A program made the position numbers and the translations under genes. DNA of 64,000 nt. Origin: an uncultured delta proteobacterium (lineage in GTDB: Bacteria > Desulfobacterota > Desulfuromonadia > Geobacterales > DSM-12255). The notes beneath the pieces were generated by a model. It was not told the DNA's origin, did no database searches, and worked only from the letters and a program-made list of their open reading frames with translations. The stretch is from contig CAWBBV010000007.1 of assembly GCA_963787125.1 (NCBI GenBank), forward strand, positions 352,001 through 416,000. The letters are read 5' to 3'. Shown in pieces: positions 40,887 through 51,588 of this stretch. Numbering within the stretch: position 1 is the stretch's first letter; the number at the start of each line of letters is the position of its first letter.

Positions 40887-40972
40887 TTTCTCCGCAATAT
40901 CTTCTCACCAGTAAAAATCTCGTCAGGTTTATTCTCTTCTCTATGACCGAGCAATTTCTCCCCGGCGACGCT

Positions 40973-41089
40973 GCGACAATTGTCTCAGCTGTCGATTTCG
41001 ACGCATAAACAAAAAACCACTGATCAAACAGCTATATATATTACTTAGATCAGATTGACCTGCTATTGGCAGCGACAATTGGCTCAACT
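40973..41089. promoter_or_regulatory. Paired 18-bp enhancer-like repeats
   Basis: GCGACAATTGTCTCAGCT (40973-40990) and GCGACAATTGGCTCAACT (41072-41089). Confidence 0.6.
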
Positions 41090-41151
41090 CCCTCCTGTGG
41101 TGCCACACCTTTAACTTACCGATATTAGTGATAAATGTGACGTGGCAGCTG

Positions 41152-41168
41152 TTGGCATAGCCTGTGCT
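41152..41168 (+). promoter_or_regulatory. Sigma54 (-24/-12) promoter of chemosensory cluster
   Basis: TTGGCATAGCCTGTGCT, GG-N10-GC. Confidence 0.7.
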
Positions 41169-41222
41169 CTAATGAATTACAGATTCACTATCAAGTGGCC
41201 TGTTTTTTCAGGTGGGGAATTT

Positions 41223-41630
41223 ATGCATCAGAAGAATGCTGGCATCGTTATGGTCGTGGATGATGATCCCTCTGTTCTGCAGAGTGTCAGCGCACTACTC
41301 TCTTCCCAGGGTTTTAATACTCATTCTTTCAGTGACGGTTACAGCGCGTTCAATGCCTATAACGATGTCTGTCCCGAAGTCGTGGTGTCTGATGTGAGCA
41401 TGCCGGGAATGAGCGGCCTGAAATTCTTCGAGAAAATTCGCAGCATCGATACCACGACCCCGGTGATTCTGCTGACCGGAGTTGTAGATCTCGAAATAGC
41501 CCTGGCAGCAAAAGAATTGAAAGTATTCGGCTTTCTATCCAAACCGGTTGAATCCGGGGTTATTGTCGAGGCAGTCACTCAGGGAGTCAATCTAAAGCGC
41601 ACCATTAGGTTTCGTGAAAAGCCCGAATAG
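41223..41630 (+). CDS. Single-domain response regulator
   Basis: VVDDD, SDVSMPGMSG, LTG, KP. Confidence 0.88.
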   Translation: MHQKNAGIVMVVDDDPSVLQSVSALLSSQGFNTHSFSDGYSAFNAYNDVCPEVVVSDVSMPGMSGLKFFEKIRSIDTTTPVILLTGVVDLEIALAAKELKVFGFLSKPVESGVIVEAVTQGVNLKRTIRFREKPE

Positions 41631-41738
41631 ATCATCTGCGCTGCTGCTACAGCTTCAAGGTGGAGCATGTAGGCACGAATTCATAACCTGCACATTGAGA
41701 TTGATAGAACCGGTAAAGAAAATTTTAAAGGAGAGATT

Positions 41739-42143
41739 ATGTTAAAGAAAGTGCTCGTTGTAGATGACTCAGCCCTGATCCACCAGATGTACCGGCTTGT
41801 TATGAACCGTTATCAGTGTGAGCTTGTGAGTGCCATGCACGGAGGAGAGGCGTTGGAAATGCTTTCTAAACACAGGGACATCGACCTGATCCTGCTGGAT
41901 GTCAACATGCCGGTCATGAACGGACTGCAGTTCATGGAGAAGGCTTCAGCCGCACTGATCCCCAAAAGAATTCCAATTATCATCATCAGTACCGAGGGCA
42001 AGGAAGAAGATACTGTGCGAGGGATGCAGCTGGGTGCCAGAGGATATCTGAAGAAGCCTTTTCTCCCGGCAAATCTCCATGCTCTGATCGAAAAGATTTT
42101 CAGCTGCCATACGGTATTAGCCAGTCAACTGGCTGTTAACTGA
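41739..42143 (+). CDS. cheY: CheY-like response regulator
   Basis: VVDDS, LDVNMPVMNG, ISTEG, KP; upstream of cheA. Confidence 0.85.
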   Translation: MLKKVLVVDDSALIHQMYRLVMNRYQCELVSAMHGGEALEMLSKHRDIDLILLDVNMPVMNGLQFMEKASAALIPKRIPIIIISTEGKEEDTVRGMQLGARGYLKKPFLPANLHALIEKIFSCHTVLASQLAVN

Positions 42144-42164
42144 AAGAGTTCACAGGAGTAGGTT

Positions 42165-43841
42165 TTGAGCGGAAAAGCAGATTTTATAGCCCTGTTTCAG
42201 GATTTTCTTGAAGACGCAACCGGGCATATCGACAACGTCGAGACAGCGCTGCTGGAGATGGAAAAGTGCGTTGCCGCCGGTTCCACCGACAAGCAGCATC
42301 TGCTGAAGATGCTGGGGAGTCTCCACACACTGAAGGGGAATTCGGGGATGATGGGGTTCTCGCCTTTGCAGACGTATGTTCACCAGCTCGAATCCGTTTT
42401 AAAGCCAGTATCCGAAGGGTCGGCTCTGCTGACCATGGAGCTGGTGGAAGCCTGTTACACGGCAATCACTGTTCTGCGGGGAGCATTACAGCGGCTCGCC
42501 ATTGATCCGGCAGCTGAATTGGATCTGAGCAGCGAAACTGCCGACCTTGAAACTCTGGACAGCGGGGAGATCGTCCCTTTTACAGCGATTCCCAGCCAGG
42601 GTGACCTACGAGACGACACTGGCTACATAACCAGGAAGTCCGGCACACTGAAGGTCAACTTCGAAAAACTCGATGATCTGCTCAATCTGGTGGGGGAGCT
42701 GGTCATTCAGCGCACGGCCCTGCTCTCCCTTGAGTCGAGGTTCAAAGCGGCAGCGGTGGACCGGGCGCTGCTGCAGGCATTCAATGAAACCTGCCAGTCA
42801 CTCGGCAAAACCGCCAATGACCTGCGCGATGCCATCATGAAAGTCAGGATGCTGCCGATCAAGGCGGTTTTTCAGCGCTTCAACCGGCTGGTGCGCGATC
42901 TTTCCCAGAGTCATGGCAAAGAGATAAATATGGTTTTCGAGGGTGAGGAGACCGAACTCGACAAAACCGTTATTGATGAAATCGGTGAACCGTTGCTCCA
43001 TCTGATCCGTAATGCAGTCGATCATGGCATCGAGTCCCCGGCGGAGCGGCGTGACGCAGGGAAGCCGTCAGCGGCAACCCTGAAACTGAGCGCCTGCCAT
43101 GAAAGCAACAATATTGTTATTAAAGTGACAGATGACGGCCGCGGTCTGTCGGCCGAGAAAATAACTGCTTCGGCTCTGGTCAAGGGTCTGCTCGATAACG
43201 AAGAAGCCCGGCGTCTGAACGAGCAGGAAGCGTTTCAACTGCTATTCCTGCCGGGCTTTTCCACCTGCAGCAGGGTGACTGAGACATCCGGTCGCGGGAT
43301 CGGGCTTGATGTCGTCAAGAAAGCGGTGACCTCTTTAAACGGGACCATTGATATAGCCACTGTTGCCGGCAGAGGAACAGAGTTCACCATAAAGCTGCCC
43401 TTGACCCTGGCCATTATCCAGGCTCTCCTGGTGGAGGTTTCAGGGGAGACTTTTGCCATCCCTCTAACGGGAGTCCTGGAGAGTTTACGGCTCGACTCTG
43501 CCGTAATACACCGGGTGGCTGCCGGTGAACTGATCAATCTGCGCGATCGGCTGCTCCCCATAGTCCGGCTGAACAACAGTTTCGGACTTGTTCAGGTAGA
43601 GCGCGGGGATATGGAATATGTCGTCATTGTCGGCAGTGGCGAAAAGCGGGGCGGAATTGTCGTAGACCGGCTCCTGGGGCAGCAGGAGATTGTTATTAAG
43701 GGGATTGACGACTATCTGGGTAATTTGCCCGGAATATCGGGTGCGACCGTGCTTGGTGACGGCCGGGTCTCCTTGATCATCGATATTGCAACGCTTCTGG
43801 TGATAATGAAAGGAGATAACAATTATGAACGCAAACAATGA
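42165..43841 (+). CDS. cheA: Chemotaxis histidine kinase CheA (apparently lacking P2)
   Basis: HTLKG Hpt, LHLIRNAVDHGIE, SGRGIGLDVV, C-terminal CheW domain. Confidence 0.95.
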   Translation: MSGKADFIALFQDFLEDATGHIDNVETALLEMEKCVAAGSTDKQHLLKMLGSLHTLKGNSGMMGFSPLQTYVHQLESVLKPVSEGSALLTMELVEACYTAITVLRGALQRLAIDPAAELDLSSETADLETLDSGEIVPFTAIPSQGDLRDDTGYITRKSGTLKVNFEKLDDLLNLVGELVIQRTALLSLESRFKAAAVDRALLQAFNETCQSLGKTANDLRDAIMKVRMLPIKAVFQRFNRLVRDLSQSHGKEINMVFEGEETELDKTVIDEIGEPLLHLIRNAVDHGIESPAERRDAGKPSAATLKLSACHESNNIVIKVTDDGRGLSAEKITASALVKGLLDNEEARRLNEQEAFQLLFLPGFSTCSRVTETSGRGIGLDVVKKAVTSLNGTIDIATVAGRGTEFTIKLPLTLAIIQALLVEVSGETFAIPLTGVLESLRLDSAVIHRVAAGELINLRDRLLPIVRLNNSFGLVQVERGDMEYVVIVGSGEKRGGIVVDRLLGQQEIVIKGIDDYLGNLPGISGATVLGDGRVSLIIDIATLLVIMKGDNNYERKQ

Positions 43842-44376
43842 ACTGTTGCTGCCGGCTTCAGGACTGGCCGAGGATGTTCTGTCACGCTTTGTGGACAAGG
43901 CCCAGGATGAAGTCAATTACATGCAGGGTGCGGCAGAAAATGAAGCGGAAAAAACCTTTTATCATCTGGTGACCTTCCATCTGGAAAGGGAGGAGTACGG
44001 CGTTGAGATCGGCAGCGTCCAGGAGATCATCCGGGCGACCAATGTCACACCGGTGCCGGGGGCCCAGAATCATGTCACCGGCGTGATCAACCTACGCGGC
44101 AAGATTATTCCGGTCATCGATCTCCGCAAGAGGTTCCGGTTGCCGGCAGGCGAAATGAGTGACCAACAGCGGATTGTGGTGGTGGAGCGTGGCATGAAGC
44201 GCCTGGGGATGCTGGTGGACAGCGTCTCCCAGGTAATCAAGGTGCAGGCCGGAGTGGTAGAAGAGCTGCCGGAAGAAGCAGCCGGCATTGATGAAAATTT
44301 CATCCGGGGAGTCGGCAAGCTGGACAGCCGCCTGATCATCATTCTCGATCTGAACCGGTCCCTGATGCTGGCTTAA
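43825..44376 (+). CDS. cheW: CheW
   Basis: [23 protein letters not shown]. Confidence 0.95.
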   Translation: MNANNELLLPASGLAEDVLSRFVDKAQDEVNYMQGAAENEAEKTFYHLVTFHLEREEYGVEIGSVQEIIRATNVTPVPGAQNHVTGVINLRGKIIPVIDLRKRFRLPAGEMSDQQRIVVVERGMKRLGMLVDSVSQVIKVQAGVVEELPEEAAGIDENFIRGVGKLDSRLIIILDLNRSLMLA

Positions 44377-44417
44377 TAATTCACTTTAACAAAATATTTA
44401 AAAAAATGGAGACTGTC

Positions 44418-46709
44418 ATGAATATGAAAATCGGTACAAAGCTTATGGCCAGCTTTATTTTGGTCGCCTTGATTTCGGGTGTCATCGGCTGGATAGGCAT
44501 GGTGAACGTTAAGAGGTTGCATCAGGCAAACATGCAGCTTTATGCAGAGAACTTGATTCCAATTACCTTGATTTCAGACGTTGCCGAGTCGTTCCGTGAG
44601 AATCAGGCCAATACGGGCATGTTGCTGCTGGAATCGAACAAGAGCAAGAAGGAGCATATCGAAGAGGAAGTCAAAAAGCTCAGTGCCCATATTCAGGAAA
44701 AGTCGGAGGCGTTCGAGAAGACGGCAACCACTCCGGAGGAGAAGAAGCTGTTCGAGGAATTTATGGCTTCACGCAAAGGCTGGAAGGATATTCGAGCCAG
44801 AATCATGGATCTTTCCGTGGAAGGAAAGCAGGATGAGGCCAACAGGTTGTTTGTGACAGAGGGGAGCGTAAAGGCCCATGCGGAGGCCGTGGCGATCGAG
44901 AAACTGATAGAGCACAATATTGCCGAGGCAAAACAGGTTGTGGAGGCCAACAAGAAAGCAGCGGAAGCGGCGATCAAGCTGATGGTCGCTGTTGCCGTTG
45001 CCGGGGTCATAGTTGCCTTTATCATCGGCATCGTTATCACCAGATCGATCACCAAGCCCTTGCGGGAAGCGGTTGACCTTGCCGAAAAAGTCGCCGACGG
45101 CGATCTGACTGGTGACCTGCCGGTCATTACCGGTGATGAAACGAGACAGTTGCTTAATATGCTGCAGAAAATGAAAGAGGGGCTGAGAAAAATCGTCGGC
45201 CAGATCAAGGACAATTCATCCCAGGTAGCAGCAGCAGCCAGCCAGATATCCACCGGCAGCGAACAGCTTTCCAGGGCAGCGCACAGCCAGGCATCCGCTG
45301 CCGACGAAACTTCTTCCACCATGGTTGAAATGGCGGCCTCCATCCAGACCGTGGCAATCAGTGCCGACTCTCTGGCAACCAATGCAGGTGAAGTCTCATC
45401 CTCTATTCAGGAACTGGGTGCTTCCAGTGAACAGGTAGCAAAAAGCGCCGATGTGATGGCGTCATCAGTGGCAGAGACCTCGGCGACCATTGAGCAGATG
45501 ACCGTCTCTATCGAAAAAGTGGCGAGGAACGCCGAGGAACTCGCCTCCTCGGTATCGGAAACGTCGAGCACCGTCGAGCAGATGACTGTTTCCATCGAGC
45601 AGGTTGCCGGCAACAGCCAGGAGCTACAGCAGATGTCAATTGAAGCTGCTGCCATTGTCGAAGAACTGGCCGCCTCCATAAGTAGAGTGTCGAAGAACGT
45701 TAGCGACGCCGATACCGTTGCCAAGACCGCTGCCCAGGAGGGGTATGCCGGGCAAAAGGCGGTACAGGAGGCGCTGACCGCCATGAAACGGGTGGCAGAG
45801 GTAAGTGAGAAGACTGCAGCCTCCATCGTCAACCTTGGTAAACGCTCGGAAGAGATTGGCGGGATTGTCAATGTTATTAACGAGATTGCCGACCAGACCA
45901 ACCTGCTGGCTCTGAACGCCGCCATCGAGGCTGCCCGGGCTGGCGATGCCGGGCGGGGTTTTGCCGTTGTTGCTGATGAAGTGCGCAAGCTGGCCGAGCG
46001 AAGTGTCAGCGCCACCAAAGAGATCGGCCAGGTCATAAAGCAGGTACAGGCTGACACCAATGATTCAGTCAAATACGGCGAAATGGCTTCGCGGGAGGCG
46101 CGAGCATCCATGGATCTGTCGGAAGTTGCCGGTAACGCCCTAAACAACATCGTCAGAAGCATCGAGCAGACAAGTGCCCTGATGAGTGAAGTGGCGGCAA
46201 TGACCGGCGAGCAGGCGGACGCCTCGAATCAGGTTATCAAGGCAGTGGAGAAGATGAACCTGACAACGGTGCAGGTAGCTGGAGCTGCCCGTGAACAGGC
46301 GCTGGGCGGTCGGCAGATCCGGATAGCCGTCGAGCGGATGAACTGCATCACCGGCGAAGTTACCGGCGCGACGCGGGAACAGGCACTGGGGAGCCGACAG
46401 ATCAGGATTGCTGTCGAAAACATGAATAGTGTTACCCAGCAGGTGAGCATCGCTACCCGGGAGCAAGCGTTGTCAGCGCGGCAGATCGTCACTTCGGTGA
46501 GTTCCATGAATGATATGACCCAGCAGGTGGCGAACGCTACGAGAGAGCAGAAGTCTGGGGGGGAGATGGTGGTCAAGGCGGTGGAGAACATCAGCGATCT
46601 GACCCGGGAAAACCTCTCCGCGGTGGAGCAGCTCGCCAGGTCGGCGGAACGTCTTTCCCAGCAGGCTGCCGAGCAGGCTGCAATGGTGGCAAAATTCAAG
46701 ATCGCCTGA
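44418..46709 (+). CDS. Methyl-accepting chemotaxis protein with elongated cytoplasmic coiled coil
   Basis: TM, four-helix sensor, [23 protein letters not shown]; 28-aa internal repeats on both arms. Confidence 0.95.
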   Translation: MNMKIGTKLMASFILVALISGVIGWIGMVNVKRLHQANMQLYAENLIPITLISDVAESFRENQANTGMLLLESNKSKKEHIEEEVKKLSAHIQEKSEAFEKTATTPEEKKLFEEFMASRKGWKDIRARIMDLSVEGKQDEANRLFVTEGSVKAHAEAVAIEKLIEHNIAEAKQVVEANKKAAEAAIKLMVAVAVAGVIVAFIIGIVITRSITKPLREAVDLAEKVADGDLTGDLPVITGDETRQLLNMLQKMKEGLRKIVGQIKDNSSQVAAAASQISTGSEQLSRAAHSQASAADETSSTMVEMAASIQTVAISADSLATNAGEVSSSIQELGASSEQVAKSADVMASSVAETSATIEQMTVSIEKVARNAEELASSVSETSSTVEQMTVSIEQVAGNSQELQQMSIEAAAIVEELAASISRVSKNVSDADTVAKTAAQEGYAGQKAVQEALTAMKRVAEVSEKTAASIVNLGKRSEEIGGIVNVINEIADQTNLLALNAAIEAARAGDAGRGFAVVADEVRKLAERSVSATKEIGQVIKQVQADTNDSVKYGEMASREARASMDLSEVAGNALNNIVRSIEQTSALMSEVAAMTGEQADASNQVIKAVEKMNLTTVQVAGAAREQALGGRQIRIAVERMNCITGEVTGATREQALGSRQIRIAVENMNSVTQQVSIATREQALSARQIVTSVSSMNDMTQQVANATREQKSGGEMVVKAVENISDLTRENLSAVEQLARSAERLSQQAAEQAAMVAKFKIA

Positions 46710-46905
46710 AACAGAGAGGGCATAGTTTGCCGGTTAAGGTGAATGAGGGGGGTGTTGACTGAGGAAATGTTGAACAACAACATCTTCACGCCAGGAGAGT
46801 GCTTGTGCGACGCATTGCGGCGGTAGAGCAGTCAATGTGAGCACTCAAAGCGTATTTGGCAAATGTAGAAGTAAGCTGGCTGACAGACTGAGGAGCGATG
46901 GAAAT

Positions 46906-47445
46906 ATGACAACAAATAATTGTAACAACGAACAGTCTTTCACCTCAATGCATGGTGTAAGTCTGCCGGAACTGGTTCGATTAATAGCCGACAGCAGCCC
47001 GGTATACCGGCAGAAGGCCATGGACATTGTCCTGATGGCAGGATTTAAAGTATGTTTACCAATTCTGGAAGAAGCGGTCCGCAACGATGATGATGCCGAC
47101 CTGCGCAACGGCGCCATGGAGGCGCTGGTGGCTTTCGGAGAAATGGCCGTACCCCATCTGATAAAAATGCTCATTGATGCTAATGAAGAGGTGAGAAACT
47201 TTAGTGCGGTCATGCTTGGGGAGATCGGTAATAATAAGGCGGTTATGCCGCTCATGAATGCGCTTCTGGATCCTGAACCTAACGTGAAGCATGCTGCCGC
47301 TGAAGCTCTCGGTAAGATAGGCGATCTAAGTGCTGTAACCGCTTTGCAGGAGATGGGCAAGGGGGATTTCTGGGATCAATTTTATTCATCGGCTGCGTTG
47401 GAATTGCTGAGAGCCACCAATATTAACAAGACGTTACCGCTCTGA
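46906..47445 (+). CDS. HEAT/PBS-lyase repeat protein
   Basis: Repeats such as VRNFSAVMLGEIG, VKHAAAEALGKIG. Confidence 0.82.
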   Translation: MTTNNCNNEQSFTSMHGVSLPELVRLIADSSPVYRQKAMDIVLMAGFKVCLPILEEAVRNDDDADLRNGAMEALVAFGEMAVPHLIKMLIDANEEVRNFSAVMLGEIGNNKAVMPLMNALLDPEPNVKHAAAEALGKIGDLSAVTALQEMGKGDFWDQFYSSAALELLRATNINKTLPL

Positions 47446-47541
47446 CCCCCGGCCATCCGGGGATGCGATATCTGGTGCGTTTCATCGAAAAGGGAAGGTT
47501 TGCTTGCCGATATTTTGTTAAACCTATCCTGATGGCTTCTT

Positions 47542-48915
47542 TCAAGGAACAATCCCCATCCTTTCCAGCTTATAGCGGAGGGTGCCGCGGGGAACCTTGA
47601 GTAACTGGGCAGCCTGCAATACATTGCTGTTGCACGCTTTAAGTGCAGAGAGAATTATCTCCCGTTCAAAGTTGGCTACCGCCTCTTCCAGGCCGATTGT
47701 AAAAGCTGTGTCGGCGCAGAAGTCGGTCGGGGTTTTTTTGTCATCACCTCTGATCTCCGGTGGCAAATGTTCTGCCAGGAGTTTCGGCCCGGACTGCATG
47801 ATGCAGATGCGTTCGATGCTGTTTTTCAGCTCCCTGATGTTTCCGGGCCAGCTGTAGCTGGTCATTCTCTGCAGAGCTTCAGAGTCAACGGCTGCAAAGG
47901 TTCGTGAAAATTTCCGGTTGTAGATTTCCAGAAAGAACGTTACCAGCACCGGAATGTCTTCCTGCCGCTCCCGCAACGGAGGGATATGAATCGGAAAGAC
48001 ATTGAGGCGGTAGTAGAGGTCTTCCCGGAAATCACCCTGAAGAATTGCTTCCTTCAGATTCCGGTTGGTGGCGGCAATAACCCGAACATCAACCTCGATG
48101 CTTTTTGTCCCCCCGACTCGCCGGACAGTTCGGCTTTCCAGCACTCTGAGCAGTTTTGCCTGCATGGCCGGTTCCATCTCCCCAACCTCGTCAAGGAAGA
48201 TTGTCCCCCGGTTGGCCATTTCGAACAGTCCCTGTTTTCTGACAGTTGCATCGGTAAAGGCCCCTTTCTCGTGACCAAACAGCTCACTCTCCAGGAGGTT
48301 CACCGGAATGGAGGCGCAGTTTATCTCGATTAAGGGTGCTTCGCGTCGCTCTGACAGGTGGTGGATGCTTTTGGCAATAAGTTCCTTGCCGGTACCGGAT
48401 TCTCCGGTGATGAGAACCGTCGCTTCCGGATGCTTGGCGACTTCTCTCGCCTGCCGCATGATCTCTTTCAGGGCACTGCTGACCCCGACCATGGGAATTT
48501 TTTCAAAAAACTCCAGCTCACCTTTGCGGATGGCGCGGACTTCCCGCTTGAGACTGCTGGTCTGGAGCGCCAATTTGACAATCAAGCGGAGCGCATCGGC
48601 CTTGAATGGCTTTTTCATGTAGTGGAACGCCCCTGATTGCAGCGATTCCACCGCCGATTCAACTGAGCCGTAGCCGGTGATAACGATCACCAGTAGTTCG
48701 GGATCAAGCTCTTTCATTTTTTTCAGGACATCAATGCCGTTTTCCGGGCCAAGATTCAGGTCCAACAGCACCAGGTCGATTTCTTCGGAGGTAACACGCT
48801 CAAGTGCACTCTTTCCGTCCACAGCCTGAATGACCTGATAGCCTTCATCCCGCAGGACCCGATTGACATTCTCACGGATAAACTCTTCATCATCAATTAT
48901 CAGTATCTTTTCCAT
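47542..48915 (-). CDS. Sigma54-dependent response regulator (NtrC/AtoC family)
   Basis: Receiver, GESGTGKE, GAFTDA, WPGNIREL, HTH. Confidence 0.94.
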   Translation of the reverse strand: MEKILIIDDEEFIRENVNRVLRDEGYQVIQAVDGKSALERVTSEEIDLVLLDLNLGPENGIDVLKKMKELDPELLVIVITGYGSVESAVESLQSGAFHYMKKPFKADALRLIVKLALQTSSLKREVRAIRKGELEFFEKIPMVGVSSALKEIMRQAREVAKHPEATVLITGESGTGKELIAKSIHHLSERREAPLIEINCASIPVNLLESELFGHEKGAFTDATVRKQGLFEMANRGTIFLDEVGEMEPAMQAKLLRVLESRTVRRVGGTKSIEVDVRVIAATNRNLKEAILQGDFREDLYYRLNVFPIHIPPLRERQEDIPVLVTFFLEIYNRKFSRTFAAVDSEALQRMTSYSWPGNIRELKNSIERICIMQSGPKLLAEHLPPEIRGDDKKTPTDFCADTAFTIGLEEAVANFEREIILSALKACNSNVLQAAQLLKVPRGTLRYKLERMGIVP

Positions 48916-51409
48916 CACTATCCTCTGCAGCTCTCTCCAGCGGGAGCCTGATCGTAAATATTGTGCCCTGATCTTCTACACTTCCGGCAGTTATGGTGCC
49001 GTGGTGCTCTTCGACTATTCTCTGAGTGATGGAGAGCCCCAGACCCGTTCCCCCCCGGCTTCTGGTGAAAAAAGGCTCAAAAATCTGCTCAATATCCGCC
49101 GCAGGTATCCCCTGACCGGTGTCGCTTATGGTCAGCGTCGCCATGCCGTTTTCAGCCTCCGCAGTAACTGTGATGCGTCCACCCGGTTTTGTTGCCATCA
49201 GCGCGTTGCGAAGAAGATTCAGCAGCATCTGGCGAATCTTATCCTGATCAAAGGCGCAGGGAGGGAATCTCCCAATGCTGCTGGTCAGGGTGATGCCTGC
49301 TTTTTCACAGGCTTTCCTGAAAAAGAGGAGCGTATCATGGATTGCAACGCCGATGTCACCGGAGCTGAATTCCGAGCGTGGTGGCGAAGCGTAGCTCAAG
49401 AGGGCATTGATCAGTTTTTCGACCCGTTCGATCTCTTCAAGGGCTTTCCCCAGCATCTCCCTGCTTTCCGGATCGACGTTCGAGCGGTCATGGAGATCAT
49501 CCAGCAGCAGCATGATGCCGGTCAGCGGGTTCCTGATTTCATGGGCGATGCCGGCGGAAAGTTTCCCCAGGGAGGCAAAACGGTCCATGCGGGTCATCTC
49601 TTCCCGCATGCGCTCTTTCTCGGTTTCATCGCGGATTGTTACGGTAATCCCCTGTTCCATGTCTGCACCGATTGTGAAGATACCGATATCAAAATACATG
49701 TTGTCAACAGTGAATGGCTGCCGTCCAAAAGGTCGATGGCCATTCACCGTCTCGTCAACCCGTGTTATCAGTTCCGGCCAGCTGGCGAAAACATGACGAT
49801 AATGTTCACCTGCTGCAGGGGTCTTCCCCAGGATGGCACGGCCCTTTGTGTTGATGGATATCAGCAGGCCGTTGCGGGAAAAGGGGATAATGGCACTGGA
49901 GATACTGTCTACAACCCCTTCCATGAAGTTTCTTTCACCGGTAACCTCCTGTCGTGAACGGTCGAGCTCGGCAAGCGTTTCCAGCAGTCGACCGTTACGC
50001 CGTTCAAGTTCAGTCGCCATCCGGTTAAAGTCAGCTGCAAGCTCACCGACCTCATCACCGGAACTTATTTCAACCCGGCTGCTGTCACTGCCGCCGGCAA
50101 GGGCCCGCGCCTGCTCAGTCAAAAGAGCCAGTGGCCGGGTTATCCCCCGGGATATTTGCCATGCGGCCAGGAGTGCCAGCGCTGTTGCCAGTGCCAGTAT
50201 CAGCCCACTCTTCTGCAGGTGATCGTGCATCTGGTCATTGATAATTGCTGCCGCTGCCCGTGCCGGTTCGTGAAACAGGTCAGTCTGAAAACCGATGGTA
50301 ACACCGCCGAATATGCCGTGTCGGGAGTAGTCGCCGGTAGTATAAATGATCGGGGCGTACGCCATGACTTTATGTGCTCCACCCACATTGGTGGTGTCCA
50401 CATAGCCGCTTTTCCAGGCTCTCACAGCGTTGGCAACAACTGGATAGTTCGGATGGATAAAGCCGGCATGATCCAGATTGAAAGGGATGTGACCACTTTC
50501 TATCTCAGCTTTTGTTGATTTACTGCTGTAAGGGGGAACCGGGTTTCCGTTTGGATCAAGACCACGGATATCCCAAAAGTTCGGGTGAGTGATGATCCAG
50601 CCTTCATCATCAAAGATAAAGGCGTAATTGCCACTACTGTAGGAAGGGAAGATCGTCTTCTCAACGCTGCCGGGGAGCACATGCTGACTGAACTCCATCA
50701 AGTGGCGATGATCAAGGGAGAGGACAACTGCCCCTTCAAATTCTCCCTGGGAGCTGTACAGCGGCGTGGAAAAACGGATAACCCCCTGGTACTCTCTGCC
50801 TCCGTAAGCGTGCTCCGAATCAGCAGCACCTGCCAGCTGTTCCGGTTTAGCCAGATGAAAGCCCGTCAAGTGGCTAACGTAGATGCCTCCCGGTTTAAGC
50901 GCGGCAGTTTTTTTAAAGTATGCTTCGCTTTTGAAACGGGTGTTGGCAGGTATAGCGACATTTTTAAGCTGTTCTACCGGGAGAATTCTGCCGGAGTCGA
51001 TGACAAAGCGCTGTCTGCCGTTGCGATCCAGGAGTTCAATGGATGAGTATATCGGGATCGAAATCCTTTCTTCAGCGGTTTTACCCCCTTTTTTAACTCT
51101 TCGCCAGACTTCGATTTTTCTGCTGGCGTAAAAACTGTCAAGGGTTGAGCTGTCTTTAGAGATAGCGGCAACAAGGCGCAGATCGTTTTCGCACTCTGCC
51201 AGGAATTGGGAAACATCCTCGGCAATCTGCTGTGCCCTGCTCTGCAGCGCTTCAGAAGCCTGGCGATCAGTTGCGTTGGAAATGTTTTCTGCCAGGCGTG
51301 AGTTGGTGCTACGAAGATTAAGGAAAAGAGTTGCTGAGGAAAAGGCCAGTGGCAGGAGAGCAATCAGAAACAGCGCCAGCAGGAATTTTCTAAAGAGGTT
51401 CAGTTTCAT
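48893..51409 (-). CDS. Sensor histidine kinase with large periplasmic domain and HAMP
   Basis: Two TMs, HAMP (DEVGELAADFNRM), HEIRNPL, NLLRNA, GTGLGL. Confidence 0.92.
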   Translation of the reverse strand: MKLNLFRKFLLALFLIALLPLAFSSATLFLNLRSTNSRLAENISNATDRQASEALQSRAQQIAEDVSQFLAECENDLRLVAAISKDSSTLDSFYASRKIEVWRRVKKGGKTAEERISIPIYSSIELLDRNGRQRFVIDSGRILPVEQLKNVAIPANTRFKSEAYFKKTAALKPGGIYVSHLTGFHLAKPEQLAGAADSEHAYGGREYQGVIRFSTPLYSSQGEFEGAVVLSLDHRHLMEFSQHVLPGSVEKTIFPSYSSGNYAFIFDDEGWIITHPNFWDIRGLDPNGNPVPPYSSKSTKAEIESGHIPFNLDHAGFIHPNYPVVANAVRAWKSGYVDTTNVGGAHKVMAYAPIIYTTGDYSRHGIFGGVTIGFQTDLFHEPARAAAAIINDQMHDHLQKSGLILALATALALLAAWQISRGITRPLALLTEQARALAGGSDSSRVEISSGDEVGELAADFNRMATELERRNGRLLETLAELDRSRQEVTGERNFMEGVVDSISSAIIPFSRNGLLISINTKGRAILGKTPAAGEHYRHVFASWPELITRVDETVNGHRPFGRQPFTVDNMYFDIGIFTIGADMEQGITVTIRDETEKERMREEMTRMDRFASLGKLSAGIAHEIRNPLTGIMLLLDDLHDRSNVDPESREMLGKALEEIERVEKLINALLSYASPPRSEFSSGDIGVAIHDTLLFFRKACEKAGITLTSSIGRFPPCAFDQDKIRQMLLNLLRNALMATKPGGRITVTAEAENGMATLTISDTGQGIPAADIEQIFEPFFTRSRGGTGLGLSITQRIVEEHHGTITAGSVEDQGTIFTIRLPLERAAEDSDGKDTDN

Positions 51410-51588
51410 GCAATTCAATTTAAATGAGAGCCGGCGAGATTACAAGCGATGAATAGTCCGGAGAGTTTGAGTCGATCTCCAAAGTGATTCAGCTCTTATT
51501 TGTTAAGAAAATAGATATTTAAGGACAGATTTATAGCTCTTTGCAGCAGATGTGATAAACTCCTGCAAATTTATCAAGGAGTCCGTTA

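Noticed and set aside
45300..46650. 84-bp periodic repeats as a CRISPR or DNA repeat array
   Set aside because: Degenerate in-frame coding repeats of the MCP coiled coil; no identical repeats with spacers and no cas genes
46756..46827. Short ORF (LTEEMLNNNIFTPGECLCDALRR) between the MCP and HEAT genes
   Set aside because: 23 codons with no recognisable motif; cannot be supported from sequence alone
48863..49957. 364-aa plus-strand ORF overlapping the histidine kinase
   Set aside because: Antisense shadow; no RBS or motif
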